From: Candidatus Gastranaerophilales bacterium
Lineage (GTDB): Bacteria > Cyanobacteriota > Vampirovibrionia > Gastranaerophilales > Gastranaerophilaceae
Direction: 5' to 3'
Assembly: GCA_944323165.1 (NCBI GenBank)
Contig: CALURK010000004.1
Location: 30,300 to 94,299 of the forward strand
Length of the DNA: 64,000 bases
Shown here: positions 18,323 to 27,154 of the stretch, in pieces
Layout of the letters: each line of letters begins with the position of its first letter
How positions within the stretch are numbered: the stretch's first letter is position 1
Notes under the pieces: generated by a model
Databases searched by the model: none
What the model was told of the DNA's origin: nothing
Seen by the model: the letters and a program-made list of their open reading frames with translations, nothing else
Position numbers and translations under genes: made by a program

Positions 18323-19104
18323 TAAATAATTATAAAGAACTTTTGGAAATAAAAGATACTGAAGAATTCTGTAAAAAAGCATTTGAACAAGTAAAAAAAG
18401 ATTATGGATATGAAAATATACCAATAAAGTTAAATCTGGAATATTTGCCTGATAAAGGTTTCAAAACAATGATATCTAATAAAGTTGGGGCCTCTTGGCG
18501 TGATACCGAAGGAACAGTGTCGTTACACATTCCAGATGTAAAAAATGGAGCTCCTCTTGCGAAATATAGTAAATCAGAGATGATAAAAAATTTGATTCAT
18601 GAATTTCAACATGCCAAACAAACTGAGTATGCTTGTCGAACTTCTTTGCCAAAATACGTAGAAGCGATAAAGAAGAACTGTTCATATGATCTAGAAAAAG
18701 AGCTTAAACGAATTGACTATATACTTAAAAACGAATATGATCTAAAAAAATATGCAGAAAAAAATAAATTCTCTATACAAGAAGCAAAAGAAAAATTGAA
18801 AAACATGAAAGAATTATTTATAAAGCATAAAGATGAAATTAGTAAAATAAAAAAAGAAGTAACAAATACAAAATGTGACGAACGCGTGTTAAATGAATTA
18901 TTTGGCAAATATGAAAAATTTGCTCCTAATTCAAAAGAATATGCTCTTGGATTAAAATATATAGAAAATGCTTCGAATTACATCAGTGGCAAAGTAGATA
19001 AAAAAAGATATTATGAACAAATATTAGAAAAAGAAGCTCATCAAACAGGTAAAAACTTTAATCAGATTTACAACTACTTTGCAAATCCTTGGCGGTTGTT
19101 TTAA
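17929..19104 (+). CDS. Putative zincin metalloprotease-like protein (HExxH), paralog 2
   Basis: LIHEFQHAKQ; N-terminus shared with the 16415 paralog; C-terminal LGLKYIEN...EKE...PWRLF. Confidence 0.75.
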   Translation: MEKIGYNPYFYSYPQYSLNNLGSVGTTNISPNFRGSGVGLASPQTSVNYTIPPDTVEISAGNKINEASNQEKKTGMSTEAKIGLGILGTAAAAYGCVVGHRMINKPSLEKVAKNFSEIFRRDVSKDEAQKMVNNYKELLEIKDTEEFCKKAFEQVKKDYGYENIPIKLNLEYLPDKGFKTMISNKVGASWRDTEGTVSLHIPDVKNGAPLAKYSKSEMIKNLIHEFQHAKQTEYACRTSLPKYVEAIKKNCSYDLEKELKRIDYILKNEYDLKKYAEKNKFSIQEAKEKLKNMKELFIKHKDEISKIKKEVTNTKCDERVLNELFGKYEKFAPNSKEYALGLKYIENASNYISGKVDKKRYYEQILEKEAHQTGKNFNQIYNYFANPWRLF

Positions 19105-19107
19105 TTA

Positions 19108-19785
19108 TTAGCACATAACAATCCAGAGCAGTTTTCGTGACAAGCGCCCAAAATAAATAGCGATTATGCTGAAAAATATATCATAAAAGATTTGGACTCC
19201 GCTTTGGGAGGTTATCCAGCTTGTTACCAAATCCATTGGGGCGTGTCTTAGGGTGGCGACAAACAGCATATAAAGTATTCCTAATACGTGGATTGTAAGG
19301 ACGCCTATAATTGAGATTAAAAATATTCTGAGAAAATCTGTTTTGCCTTTAAGAAGGGTGCCTGCAAAGAATATAGCCGGTATAAAGGCAAGTATATAGC
19401 CAAATCCGTATTCAAACATGTAGCTTATGCCGCCTCCGAGGGCGAAAATTGGGAAAAACAGACCTAAAATTATGTAAATTAAAATCGACAGTATTCCGAA
19501 TTTTCTGCCCAAAAGTGCAACAATAAAGAATACAACTGGTATTTGCGGTATGTATTTATAACTTTTTATGAAATGGTGCAAGATTTCATAGTCATTAACG
19601 TCTTGTGATAAAAAAGTAAATGTGTTCAGCGGAAAATACGGATGTTTAAGTGTAACTTGCGTAAATGTTGCAATAATTATTAACAAGACGCATAGTCCTG
19701 TTAGAATGAGCGTCCCCAAAGTAATCTTAATAGGTTCGCCCTTGTATTTGAAGCTATTTATTTGTTTTGCAACACGTTTACTCAT
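19108..19785 (-). CDS. bioY: Biotin transporter BioY
   Basis: YIILGLFFPIFALGGG...GFGYILAF; multiple TM helices. Confidence 0.75.
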   Translation of the reverse strand: MSKRVAKQINSFKYKGEPIKITLGTLILTGLCVLLIIIATFTQVTLKHPYFPLNTFTFLSQDVNDYEILHHFIKSYKYIPQIPVVFFIVALLGRKFGILSILIYIILGLFFPIFALGGGISYMFEYGFGYILAFIPAIFFAGTLLKGKTDFLRIFLISIIGVLTIHVLGILYMLFVATLRHAPMDLVTSWITSQSGVQIFYDIFFSIIAIYFGRLSRKLLWIVMC

Positions 19786-20330
19786 TTTATTTCTATTAAA
19801 GATTTTAGTTTTTCTATATTTTTATTGTATATTACTTTAAACTTGTCATAAAAAATATTTTCAGTCCACATAATTAAGGCATCTTCGTTATTATCCTGAT
19901 AATACCCCTTTCTTGTTCCGAGTGACTGAAATCCGTATTTTTCATATAATTTAATTGCAGGAATATTAGATACTCTAACCTCGAGAGTTAGGTATTTTAC
20001 CCCATCTTTATAACAATCATCGACAATAGCTTTTATTAAAGCTTCTCCGATGTGATTTCTTTGATAAGAATTTTTGACAGCGATGGTGGTTATATGTCCT
20101 TCATCTAAAATATGCCAGGTTCCGGCATATCCGACCAATTCCCCGTCAGGAGTTTTAGCAGTATAGTATTTTGCAAGATTATTTGACATTTCGTCATAAA
20201 AAGATGACTTTGCCCAGTGGTGTTTGCCATAAGCTTCTTCTTCAATTGTGACAACACCTTCTACATCGTCCTTTGTCATTTTGTTTATAAAAATTTCAGA
20301 TAATTTTACTATGGACATATACTTTCCCAA
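19782..20330 (-). CDS. rimI: Ribosomal-protein-alanine N-acetyltransferase
   Basis: GNAT fold: GHITTIAV, LEVRVSN, RKGYY...EDALIM; likely start at 20318. Confidence 0.9.
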   Translation of the reverse strand: MGKYMSIVKLSEIFINKMTKDDVEGVVTIEEEAYGKHHWAKSSFYDEMSNNLAKYYTAKTPDGELVGYAGTWHILDEGHITTIAVKNSYQRNHIGEALIKAIVDDCYKDGVKYLTLEVRVSNIPAIKLYEKYGFQSLGTRKGYYQDNNEDALIMWTENIFYDKFKVIYNKNIEKLKSLIEIK

Positions 20331-20578
20331 TCAATATCATCTTCGGTTTCTTCGCCCGGTTCTATTATTTTGTCGCCGTCTTCAAGCATAAGCATTAATG
20401 ATAATTTCAACTGTTTTTTGTAATTTTCAAGAGCTTTTTCTTTTGTTTTTGCGCAAAATGCAAAACTTGGAATTTCTTTAATTTCAATATAATAATAAGG
20501 ATTTCCGTTAAAATCCAAGTCAGTTCCTTCGATTAGAGTCCAAGGAAGGTTCATATAATAATCTAAGTCTTTATTCAT
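20309..20578 (-). CDS. HicB-like antitoxin-domain protein
   Basis: LDYYMNLPW...YYIEIKEIP...TKEKALEN...LEDGDKIIEP resembles the HicB N-terminal fold. Confidence 0.6.
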   Translation of the reverse strand: MNKDLDYYMNLPWTLIEGTDLDFNGNPYYYIEIKEIPSFAFCAKTKEKALENYKKQLKLSLMLMLEDGDKIIEPGEETEDDIDWESICP

Positions 20579-21185
20579 CCAAAGACCTCTCGGTTAAAGG
20601 TTGTTTAATCATAATACCGTCACCGCCTATAACATCTGCTTGTCTGCCGTTTATGTACAGATAAACAGGAAGATTTGTATTGGCTTTTGCGGTTTTAATA
20701 AGCTGACGCACTCTTGTATATGTGCTTTCGGTGCCGCCTCCACCTTCAAAAGTCGAAGATAAATCTATCATTACGCTTCCTTCACCTTCTCTTACGGACA
20801 AAATCTTTGTTCCTTGAGGAATTTCTGAGGAGTAGCCTTTGGATTTTTCCCATTTGCTTGGTGCGGACATCAATTCTTTTATTGCGTACGCAAAACACGA
20901 TTTCTCGACGGTAGTGTCGCATTCTCTGTTTAGGGAATGTAAGTTGCCGTTTGAGTCTGTAACATATATTTTTATAGTTTTATAGCTGTGCTTTTTAGAA
21001 GGTTCTGCGACTTTTTCAGGAACTTCTTCGCCGCTTGTCGGCTCTGTAATATCTTCTATTGGCGGTAATGAGTTATCTTTTGCAAGCGGAAGGTGAAAGC
21101 CTTCTGCAGTAAAGAAAGAAAAATATACATAAGCCACTGATATAACTATTAGAATAAATAATCCAAGTTTTTGAGAAAAATTCAT
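20571..21185 (-). CDS. GerMN-domain protein
   Basis: N-terminal TM; AIKELMSAP, SEIPQGTKILSV, IDLSSTFEGGGG. Confidence 0.8.
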   Translation of the reverse strand: MNFSQKLGLFILIVISVAYVYFSFFTAEGFHLPLAKDNSLPPIEDITEPTSGEEVPEKVAEPSKKHSYKTIKIYVTDSNGNLHSLNRECDTTVEKSCFAYAIKELMSAPSKWEKSKGYSSEIPQGTKILSVREGEGSVMIDLSSTFEGGGGTESTYTRVRQLIKTAKANTNLPVYLYINGRQADVIGGDGIMIKQPLTERSLDE

Positions 21186-21190
21186 GCAGA

Positions 21191-22045
21191 TTAATCTCCT
21201 TTTACAAATATTTTACCATCAATTTTAACTTTGTTGTCAACAATATTTACATTCTCAACATTTGCTCTGCAGTTTTCTGTATTTAATAGTGCAAGAGTGA
21301 ATTCAAGAGGGTTTACAAGGTTTAACAGATTAGCTACCTTAGAAAGAGAAAGGTTTCCGTATGCGCTATCAAGCTTGATATTTCCTGCGCGAATTTTCCC
21401 GTCTTTTACCGTAAACGCTGATGATGCTACGAATACTCTGTCTTTTTTAATAGGAGCAATCGGGAAATTATAGCCTGTCAGGATGTAGAGTTGATTGTTT
21501 TGTATTTTTGTACTTACGCTTGTTATTTGAAATAATGGATATGCTATATTATTTACTTTATCGAGAATTTTTTTGTAATCTTTGTCTTGTAAAGCTTTGT
21601 TTATGCTTTCAGCGGAAAGCTGCATGTCATAAGAAAACTTCATATCAGACTTAAATTCTATAGGATCCTTTGTGTAATCTACATAATTATAATTACTGAT
21701 GGATTTTAAGTGTATGTATGGTATCGGAATGTCTTCTGATACAATATTTTCTCCTGTGATTTCAAGGTTCTTAAAAATACCTTTTTTCATACTGGAAGTT
21801 GTGTATCCTTCAAATTTAACTTTGTATTTCCCGCCGGTTTCTTTTTGTAATGATGATTTAATGATATGTTCTGCAATACTTTCTGTAAGCGGGTTCATTA
21901 TTGCAAAGTGTTTGTGGTTTTGCAGGTAATCCTGAGAGTATTTGTCTTGAGAATAACTAACATTTATTGTTAGCATCATCAAAATAATAACTGATAAAAT
22001 CTTTTTCATAATTCTTATTCCTTCATACTTAAACTTCTCATCCAT
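21191..22045 (-). CDS. Exported protein, DUF2993/LmeA-like
   Basis: Signal peptide MKKILSVIILMMLTINVSYS; beta-rich pattern. Confidence 0.5.
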   Translation of the reverse strand: MDEKFKYEGIRIMKKILSVIILMMLTINVSYSQDKYSQDYLQNHKHFAIMNPLTESIAEHIIKSSLQKETGGKYKVKFEGYTTSSMKKGIFKNLEITGENIVSEDIPIPYIHLKSISNYNYVDYTKDPIEFKSDMKFSYDMQLSAESINKALQDKDYKKILDKVNNIAYPLFQITSVSTKIQNNQLYILTGYNFPIAPIKKDRVFVASSAFTVKDGKIRAGNIKLDSAYGNLSLSKVANLLNLVNPLEFTLALLNTENCRANVENVNIVDNKVKIDGKIFVKGD

Positions 22046-22062
22046 AAAATAATGAGATAGTT

Positions 22063-22683
22063 TTAATTATTTTCTTTTACACCTTTATAAAACTCATTTG
22101 TAATCAATTGAGAGTATTTATCTTTTTGACTGATAGAAAGAGCTAGTTTTTCGTTTCCGTCGGATGTTTTAACACTTGCAACCACGCCTGTTATATCTGA
22201 AAACGGCAATTTTGTAACTTCGGCTTCGAATTTTGCATAAGGAACTTGTTTTCCGTACACATTCATAGAGCCTCTTCCGGTAATTTTTATATCTTTTACG
22301 GTTATTGCTTGATATTTAAACTTTTCGGCTAAGTCTTTTAATTTTTTATCTACTTTATCACTTTTGATATCGCTTTCAGTAAGCAGTGCTTTATCTCCGG
22401 AATCTATTATAACCATTTTTTGTCCAGAGGCTTTGTGTTCCGCTAAAATAGCCTTGTATCCAATCAAATTTACTGCGTTATCAATCTGGAATTCTTCATT
22501 CAATCCAGAAAAGTTCCCTATTTTTTTTGCGCTTTCTAACGCGTGTTCTTGTATAAAATTTCCGACACTTATTTTTATTGCTTCAACATATTTTTGTCCG
22601 CCGATTGCATTAAAACCTATTATTGCAAGGACTAACAAAAATGCGTTAAAAATTATCTTTATTAATCTAAACATTACTTGCAC
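22063..22683 (-). CDS. Hypothetical membrane-anchored protein
   Basis: N-terminal hydrophobic helix; co-directional with neighbours. Confidence 0.7.
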   Translation of the reverse strand: MQVMFRLIKIIFNAFLLVLAIIGFNAIGGQKYVEAIKISVGNFIQEHALESAKKIGNFSGLNEEFQIDNAVNLIGYKAILAEHKASGQKMVIIDSGDKALLTESDIKSDKVDKKLKDLAEKFKYQAITVKDIKITGRGSMNVYGKQVPYAKFEAEVTKLPFSDITGVVASVKTSDGNEKLALSISQKDKYSQLITNEFYKGVKENN

Positions 22684-25314
22684 CCATTGTTTATGTTATG
22701 TACAATTATAACTATGACAAAGAGTGAAATCAATCTGGTAAATACGGCGGAAGTTGACATAAATGACGCAACACCTGCTATGCAGCGTTATATCGAGATT
22801 AAGCGGGAAAATCCTGATTGCCTGTTACTGTATAGAATGGGTGATTTTTACGAAACTTTTTTTGAAGATGCTGTAATGTTGTCAAAAGAGCTTGAAATAA
22901 CTTTAACAGGCAGGGATTGCGGTGCCTTGGGAAGAATCCCGCTTGCCGGTATTCCTATTAAGGCGGTTGATGGTTATCTGGAAAAATTGGTCGCAAAAGA
23001 TATTAAAGTTGCAATTTGCGAACAGCTTGAAGATCCAAAACTCGCAAAAGGTATTGTTGAAAGAGGGGTTGTGAGAATTATTACTCCTGGTACCATTATT
23101 GAGAGTAATTTCTTAAATCAAAATAGCAACAATTATATGTGTGCAATTTTTAAGAACTCTAATCCTTCAAAAAAGGCTTCATCAAAAAATGATGAGTTAT
23201 GGGGTTTTGCCTATACTGATATTTCTACGGGTGAATTTAAGGCAACTCAATTAAATTATGACACTCTTGTTACTGAACTTGTAAGAATTCAACCTTCTGA
23301 AATTGTTGCTTCAGCAAAAAAAATGAAACTTCAACCTTTCCAAATTGTTCCCGAGGAAAAAGTGGATTTGCCGGATGAAATTTTAAATAATTACAACTGT
23401 TCTAAGGTACCGGAGAAGGTTTTTGAAGAAAATTTTGCAAAGGAAAATCTTAAACAAGTTTTCAAAATAAATGACTTAGACGCAATATCTTACAATTCTT
23501 GTCCTTTAGGTTTTCGTGCTGCAGCTGGACTTTTAGCCTATATTTGGGAAAATACCAAAGAAGGTTTTCCAAAATTTGAGAGAATTGAGCCGTATGAAAT
23601 TTCTGAATTTATGTCGATTGATTCGGGAACGAGAAAAAACCTTGAACTTACTGAAACTTTAAGAGAAAAAAATAAATTCGGCTCTCTTTTATGGGCAGTG
23701 GATAAAACCTCTACCAATATGGGCGCAAGACTTTTAAAATCTTGGATTTGCCAACCTTTGAAAGAAAAAGATAAAATCCTTAAAAGACAAAATATTGTTA
23801 AAAAACTTGTTGAAAATTCTTCCGAAAGGTACAAAATTCAAGAGCTTCTAACGCAAATTTATGATATCCAAAGATTATCTACAAGATTGAGCAACACTTC
23901 TGCTATGCCAAGGGATTTTTTGAGCCTTAAATCTTCTATCAATTATTTGCCTGAATTGGTTGAAGTGACTGGAAGTATCGGATTAGATATTTTTGAATGT
24001 ATTGAAAATGATTTGGATAAATTAAAAGAATATGCAGAAATTATTGAAAAAACTATAAAAGAGGATGCTCCTGTAACTATAAAAGACGGTGGAATTATTA
24101 AACAAGGGGTAAATGCTGATTTAGACTATTTCAGAGACCTTATGTTCAATGGAGAGAGCTGGCTTAAAAATTTCGAACAAAAAGAAAAAGAACGTACTGG
24201 AATTAATATCTTAAAAGTCGGATACAATAGAGTTTTCGGGTATTATATTGAAGTTACTAATTCCAATTTGAATAGAGTCCCTCCTGAATATATCCGAAAA
24301 CAAACTCTTACAGGTGCTGAAAGATTTATAACGGATGAACTCAAAAAACACGAAGATGAAGTTTTGACAGCCCAGGTAAAAGCTTATGAACTTGAGTATA
24401 AGCTCTTTAGCAATTTTAGAGATTATTCAAAAGAATTTGTTACTCTTATAAGAGATACGGCAGAATGTATCGCAAAGTTAGATGTTTTCACCTCTTTTGC
24501 AACAGTTGCCACAGAACAAAATTATACTTGTCCTGAAATTGACGAATCAGGTGATTTTGTTATTAAAAACGGGCGACATCCTGTTTTGGAGCAAATCTTG
24601 CCTTTGGGAACCTATGTTTCTAATGATATAGAACTTTCAAGCAGTGACAAATCTAAAACGCAATTTATGATTTTAACAGGGCCTAATATGGCAGGTAAAT
24701 CTACATATATGCGTCAAAATGCCCTTATAGCTATTCTTGCTCAAATAGGTGCTTTTATTCCGGCAGATTACGCTAAAATTGGGATTATTGATAAAATCTT
24801 TACGCGTGTCGGAGCAAGTGATGATTTAACCTTGGGCAAATCTACTTTTATGGTGGAGATGACTGAAACGGCCTGCATTCTCAATAATGCGACTGAAAAA
24901 AGTCTTATCCTTATTGACGAAATCGGACGCGGTACAAGTACATACGACGGTGTTGCAATAGCTTGGGCTGTTGCAGAATATATTGCTAATAATATTAAAG
25001 CAAAATGTATTTTTGCAACACATTACCATGAGCTTAATGTAATGACTAAGACTTATCCTAACATTAAAAACTTTAGGATAACTGTCAGTGAAGAAAATGG
25101 AGAAATTGAGTTTTTGCGCAAAATTGTTCCTGGAGGTGCAAGCAAAAGTTACGGTATTCAAGTTGCTAAAATGGCAGGTTTACCTAATTCCGTTGTTAAA
25201 CGCTCGGAAGAACTTATGGCTAAAATGCAAAAAGATTTTTCTAAAAATCTTGCTACAAGAAAAAAACTTGCTGAAGAAGATTTGAACGCACCTCAACTTA
25301 ATTTATTCCAGTAA
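22678..25314 (+). CDS. mutS: DNA mismatch repair protein MutS
   Basis: YRMGDFYETF, Walker A TGPNMAGKST, DEIGRGTS, FATHYHEL; likely start at 22714. Confidence 0.98.
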   Translation: MHPLFMLCTIITMTKSEINLVNTAEVDINDATPAMQRYIEIKRENPDCLLLYRMGDFYETFFEDAVMLSKELEITLTGRDCGALGRIPLAGIPIKAVDGYLEKLVAKDIKVAICEQLEDPKLAKGIVERGVVRIITPGTIIESNFLNQNSNNYMCAIFKNSNPSKKASSKNDELWGFAYTDISTGEFKATQLNYDTLVTELVRIQPSEIVASAKKMKLQPFQIVPEEKVDLPDEILNNYNCSKVPEKVFEENFAKENLKQVFKINDLDAISYNSCPLGFRAAAGLLAYIWENTKEGFPKFERIEPYEISEFMSIDSGTRKNLELTETLREKNKFGSLLWAVDKTSTNMGARLLKSWICQPLKEKDKILKRQNIVKKLVENSSERYKIQELLTQIYDIQRLSTRLSNTSAMPRDFLSLKSSINYLPELVEVTGSIGLDIFECIENDLDKLKEYAEIIEKTIKEDAPVTIKDGGIIKQGVNADLDYFRDLMFNGESWLKNFEQKEKERTGINILKVGYNRVFGYYIEVTNSNLNRVPPEYIRKQTLTGAERFITDELKKHEDEVLTAQVKAYELEYKLFSNFRDYSKEFVTLIRDTAECIAKLDVFTSFATVATEQNYTCPEIDESGDFVIKNGRHPVLEQILPLGTYVSNDIELSSSDKSKTQFMILTGPNMAGKSTYMRQNALIAILAQIGAFIPADYAKIGIIDKIFTRVGASDDLTLGKSTFMVEMTETACILNNATEKSLILIDEIGRGTSTYDGVAIAWAVAEYIANNIKAKCIFATHYHELNVMTKTYPNIKNFRITVSEENGEIEFLRKIVPGGASKSYGIQVAKMAGLPNSVVKRSEELMAKMQKDFSKNLATRKKLAEEDLNAPQLNLFQ

Positions 25315-25537
25315 TAATAAATATTTAAAAATTTTACCCAAAGAAAAAGGATGCAAAAAGCATCCTGAAAATCCAACTATCACAAATCAATATATTAAAA
25401 ATCTATTTATCGGTCGACATCGGTTTACTTCCCAATTATTTTCTTGTTCTCTGTCGACCTCTGCTGACTCTGTTACCATCTGGCGCGGTCGACAGGGGTA
25501 AATATTTCTATTTGAATTTATTTTCCCTGTTCCGCTT

Positions 25538-25563
25538 GTCATTCCGAATTTATTTCGGAATCT
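25538..25563. repeat. REP-like 26-bp palindromic element
   Basis: GTCATTCCGAATTTATTTCGGAATCT, the reverse complement of 17600-17625. Confidence 0.85.
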
Positions 25564-25610
25564 CTCCTGAGTCTTAACTGTCAGTGAAACCAAAATCTCC
25601 CATTAAACCA

Positions 25611-26129
25611 CTATAGCGGCTTGTTCCAAAGTGATTCTGAAAATTTGCTTTGAAGAGCACCATTTTCAACTGATAAAGAAACATTGCTTGGTGTGAAGAT
25701 GAACACCATATCACTGATTTTTTGTGCTGTTCCGTTCAACGCATGAGCTGCACCGCAAACAAAATCGATTGTTCTTTGTGACTGTTCTTTATCTAAAAGA
25801 TCTAAGTGTAAAATAACAGTTTTCTTATCGATTAATTTTTTTACAATCTGAGCTGATTCTGAGAATGAACGAGGTTCGATAACTGTTACTTCTCCGGATT
25901 TGTATGAATTTGGATGAGAAACAACTTTTGATTCTCTTTCAAAAGAACGTTCAATTTTGTTGTTATTGTTTACTCTTGTTCCGTACATAGTGTCTAGAGC
26001 TAAAGTACCATCTGTGTCATAATCGCTGTCGCGATCTACTAAATCCATGAACGCGTCTTCGTCGTTTCCTTCATTAAAACTTTTTGTGAAAAAGTTTACA
26101 AATCCTTTTAATCCTTCTGATAATGCCAT
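25611..26129 (-). CDS. sepF: Cell division protein SepF
   Basis: IEPRSFSE, QRTIDFVCGAAHALNG, FIFTP; follows yggS. Confidence 0.92.
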   Translation of the reverse strand: MALSEGLKGFVNFFTKSFNEGNDEDAFMDLVDRDSDYDTDGTLALDTMYGTRVNNNNKIERSFERESKVVSHPNSYKSGEVTVIEPRSFSESAQIVKKLIDKKTVILHLDLLDKEQSQRTIDFVCGAAHALNGTAQKISDMVFIFTPSNVSLSVENGALQSKFSESLWNKPL

Positions 26130-26148
26130 TTCTCCTCCAATTTATAAC

Positions 26149-26931
26149 TTATGTAAATAACTTTCTGCCTATTCTGATGATTGTTGCACCCTCTCTTAGT
26201 GCAATTTTGTAATCGTTACTCATTCCCATGGACAGCTCTGGTAGCGTAACTCTAAACTCTTCTTCCAGTTCATCTCTGAACTTGCGTACATCACTAAACA
26301 ACCTGCCAAGCTCGCTCTCTGTAGCCCCAATCGGTGCCATATTCATTAATCCGCATACCTTGATGCCTTTTAATGTCAGGATTTCTTCTAATTCAGCTTT
26401 TAGAGCTTCTTTGCTGTATCCGAATTTCTGTTCTTCGCCCGCGTTGTTTACTTGTAGAAAAACTTTCTCTTCTTTGTCTAAATGACAGGCCGCTTCCGAT
26501 ATCTTTCTTGCTAATTTTAGGGAATCTACAGATTCTATTACATCAAAGTGCTCTACTACTTTTTCAGCTTTATTAGTCTGTAGATGACCTATGAAATGAA
26601 AAGATGAATTTTCTCTTACCTCAAACGGGAGGCTTTCTATCTTTTCTATAGCTTCCAAAGCTCTTGATTCTCCAAAATTTCTTAGCCCTGCTTCGTATCC
26701 TGCAAGTATTGCGTCTAATCCGAAATATTTTGTTACTGCAACTATTTTTACTTTAGAATGTACGATACTTTTTTGAATTTCCTGAAGGTTAGCTCTTACT
26801 AAAGCCCTATCTATATGTACTTCCTGCCCCCATTTGCTTGCAGGAATCAATCCCTTTTCATCCGAGTCTGCTTTGTGATAATTAATATCGTCCCCTGGGT
26901 TAGCATTCTCGCTTTGTGATGGTTTTAACAT
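26149..26931 (-). CDS. yggS: PLP homeostasis protein YggS/PipY
   Basis: VAVTKY, FGES, HFIGHLQTNK, LSMGMSND, IRIGRKLF. Confidence 0.93.
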   Translation of the reverse strand: MLKPSQSENANPGDDINYHKADSDEKGLIPASKWGQEVHIDRALVRANLQEIQKSIVHSKVKIVAVTKYFGLDAILAGYEAGLRNFGESRALEAIEKIESLPFEVRENSSFHFIGHLQTNKAEKVVEHFDVIESVDSLKLARKISEAACHLDKEEKVFLQVNNAGEEQKFGYSKEALKAELEEILTLKGIKVCGLMNMAPIGATESELGRLFSDVRKFRDELEEEFRVTLPELSMGMSNDYKIALREGATIIRIGRKLFT

Positions 26932-27154
26932 TTCCCCAACCCTCTATTGTATTATATACCAGAAATCATGTGCTGTACAAGAGTGTATTTGTAACAACTT
27001 TTGCCTTTTTTTAAATCATGCCCAAACCCATGATTTGCATGGATTTCGACCATGTCTAAAATATTAAGTTTTGTAAAGTTCAATCTGTTTTGTTAACAAC
27101 TTGACATGTTTTTTATGTGTTTTTTACAAAAAAGGCATGCCTTTTATTTAATTA

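Noticed and set aside
25387-25593. 68-aa ORF MVSLTVKTQERFRNKFGMTS
   Set aside because: It reads through a REP element (RFRNKFGMT is the translation of the repeat) and overlaps the sepF 3' flank; likely spurious.
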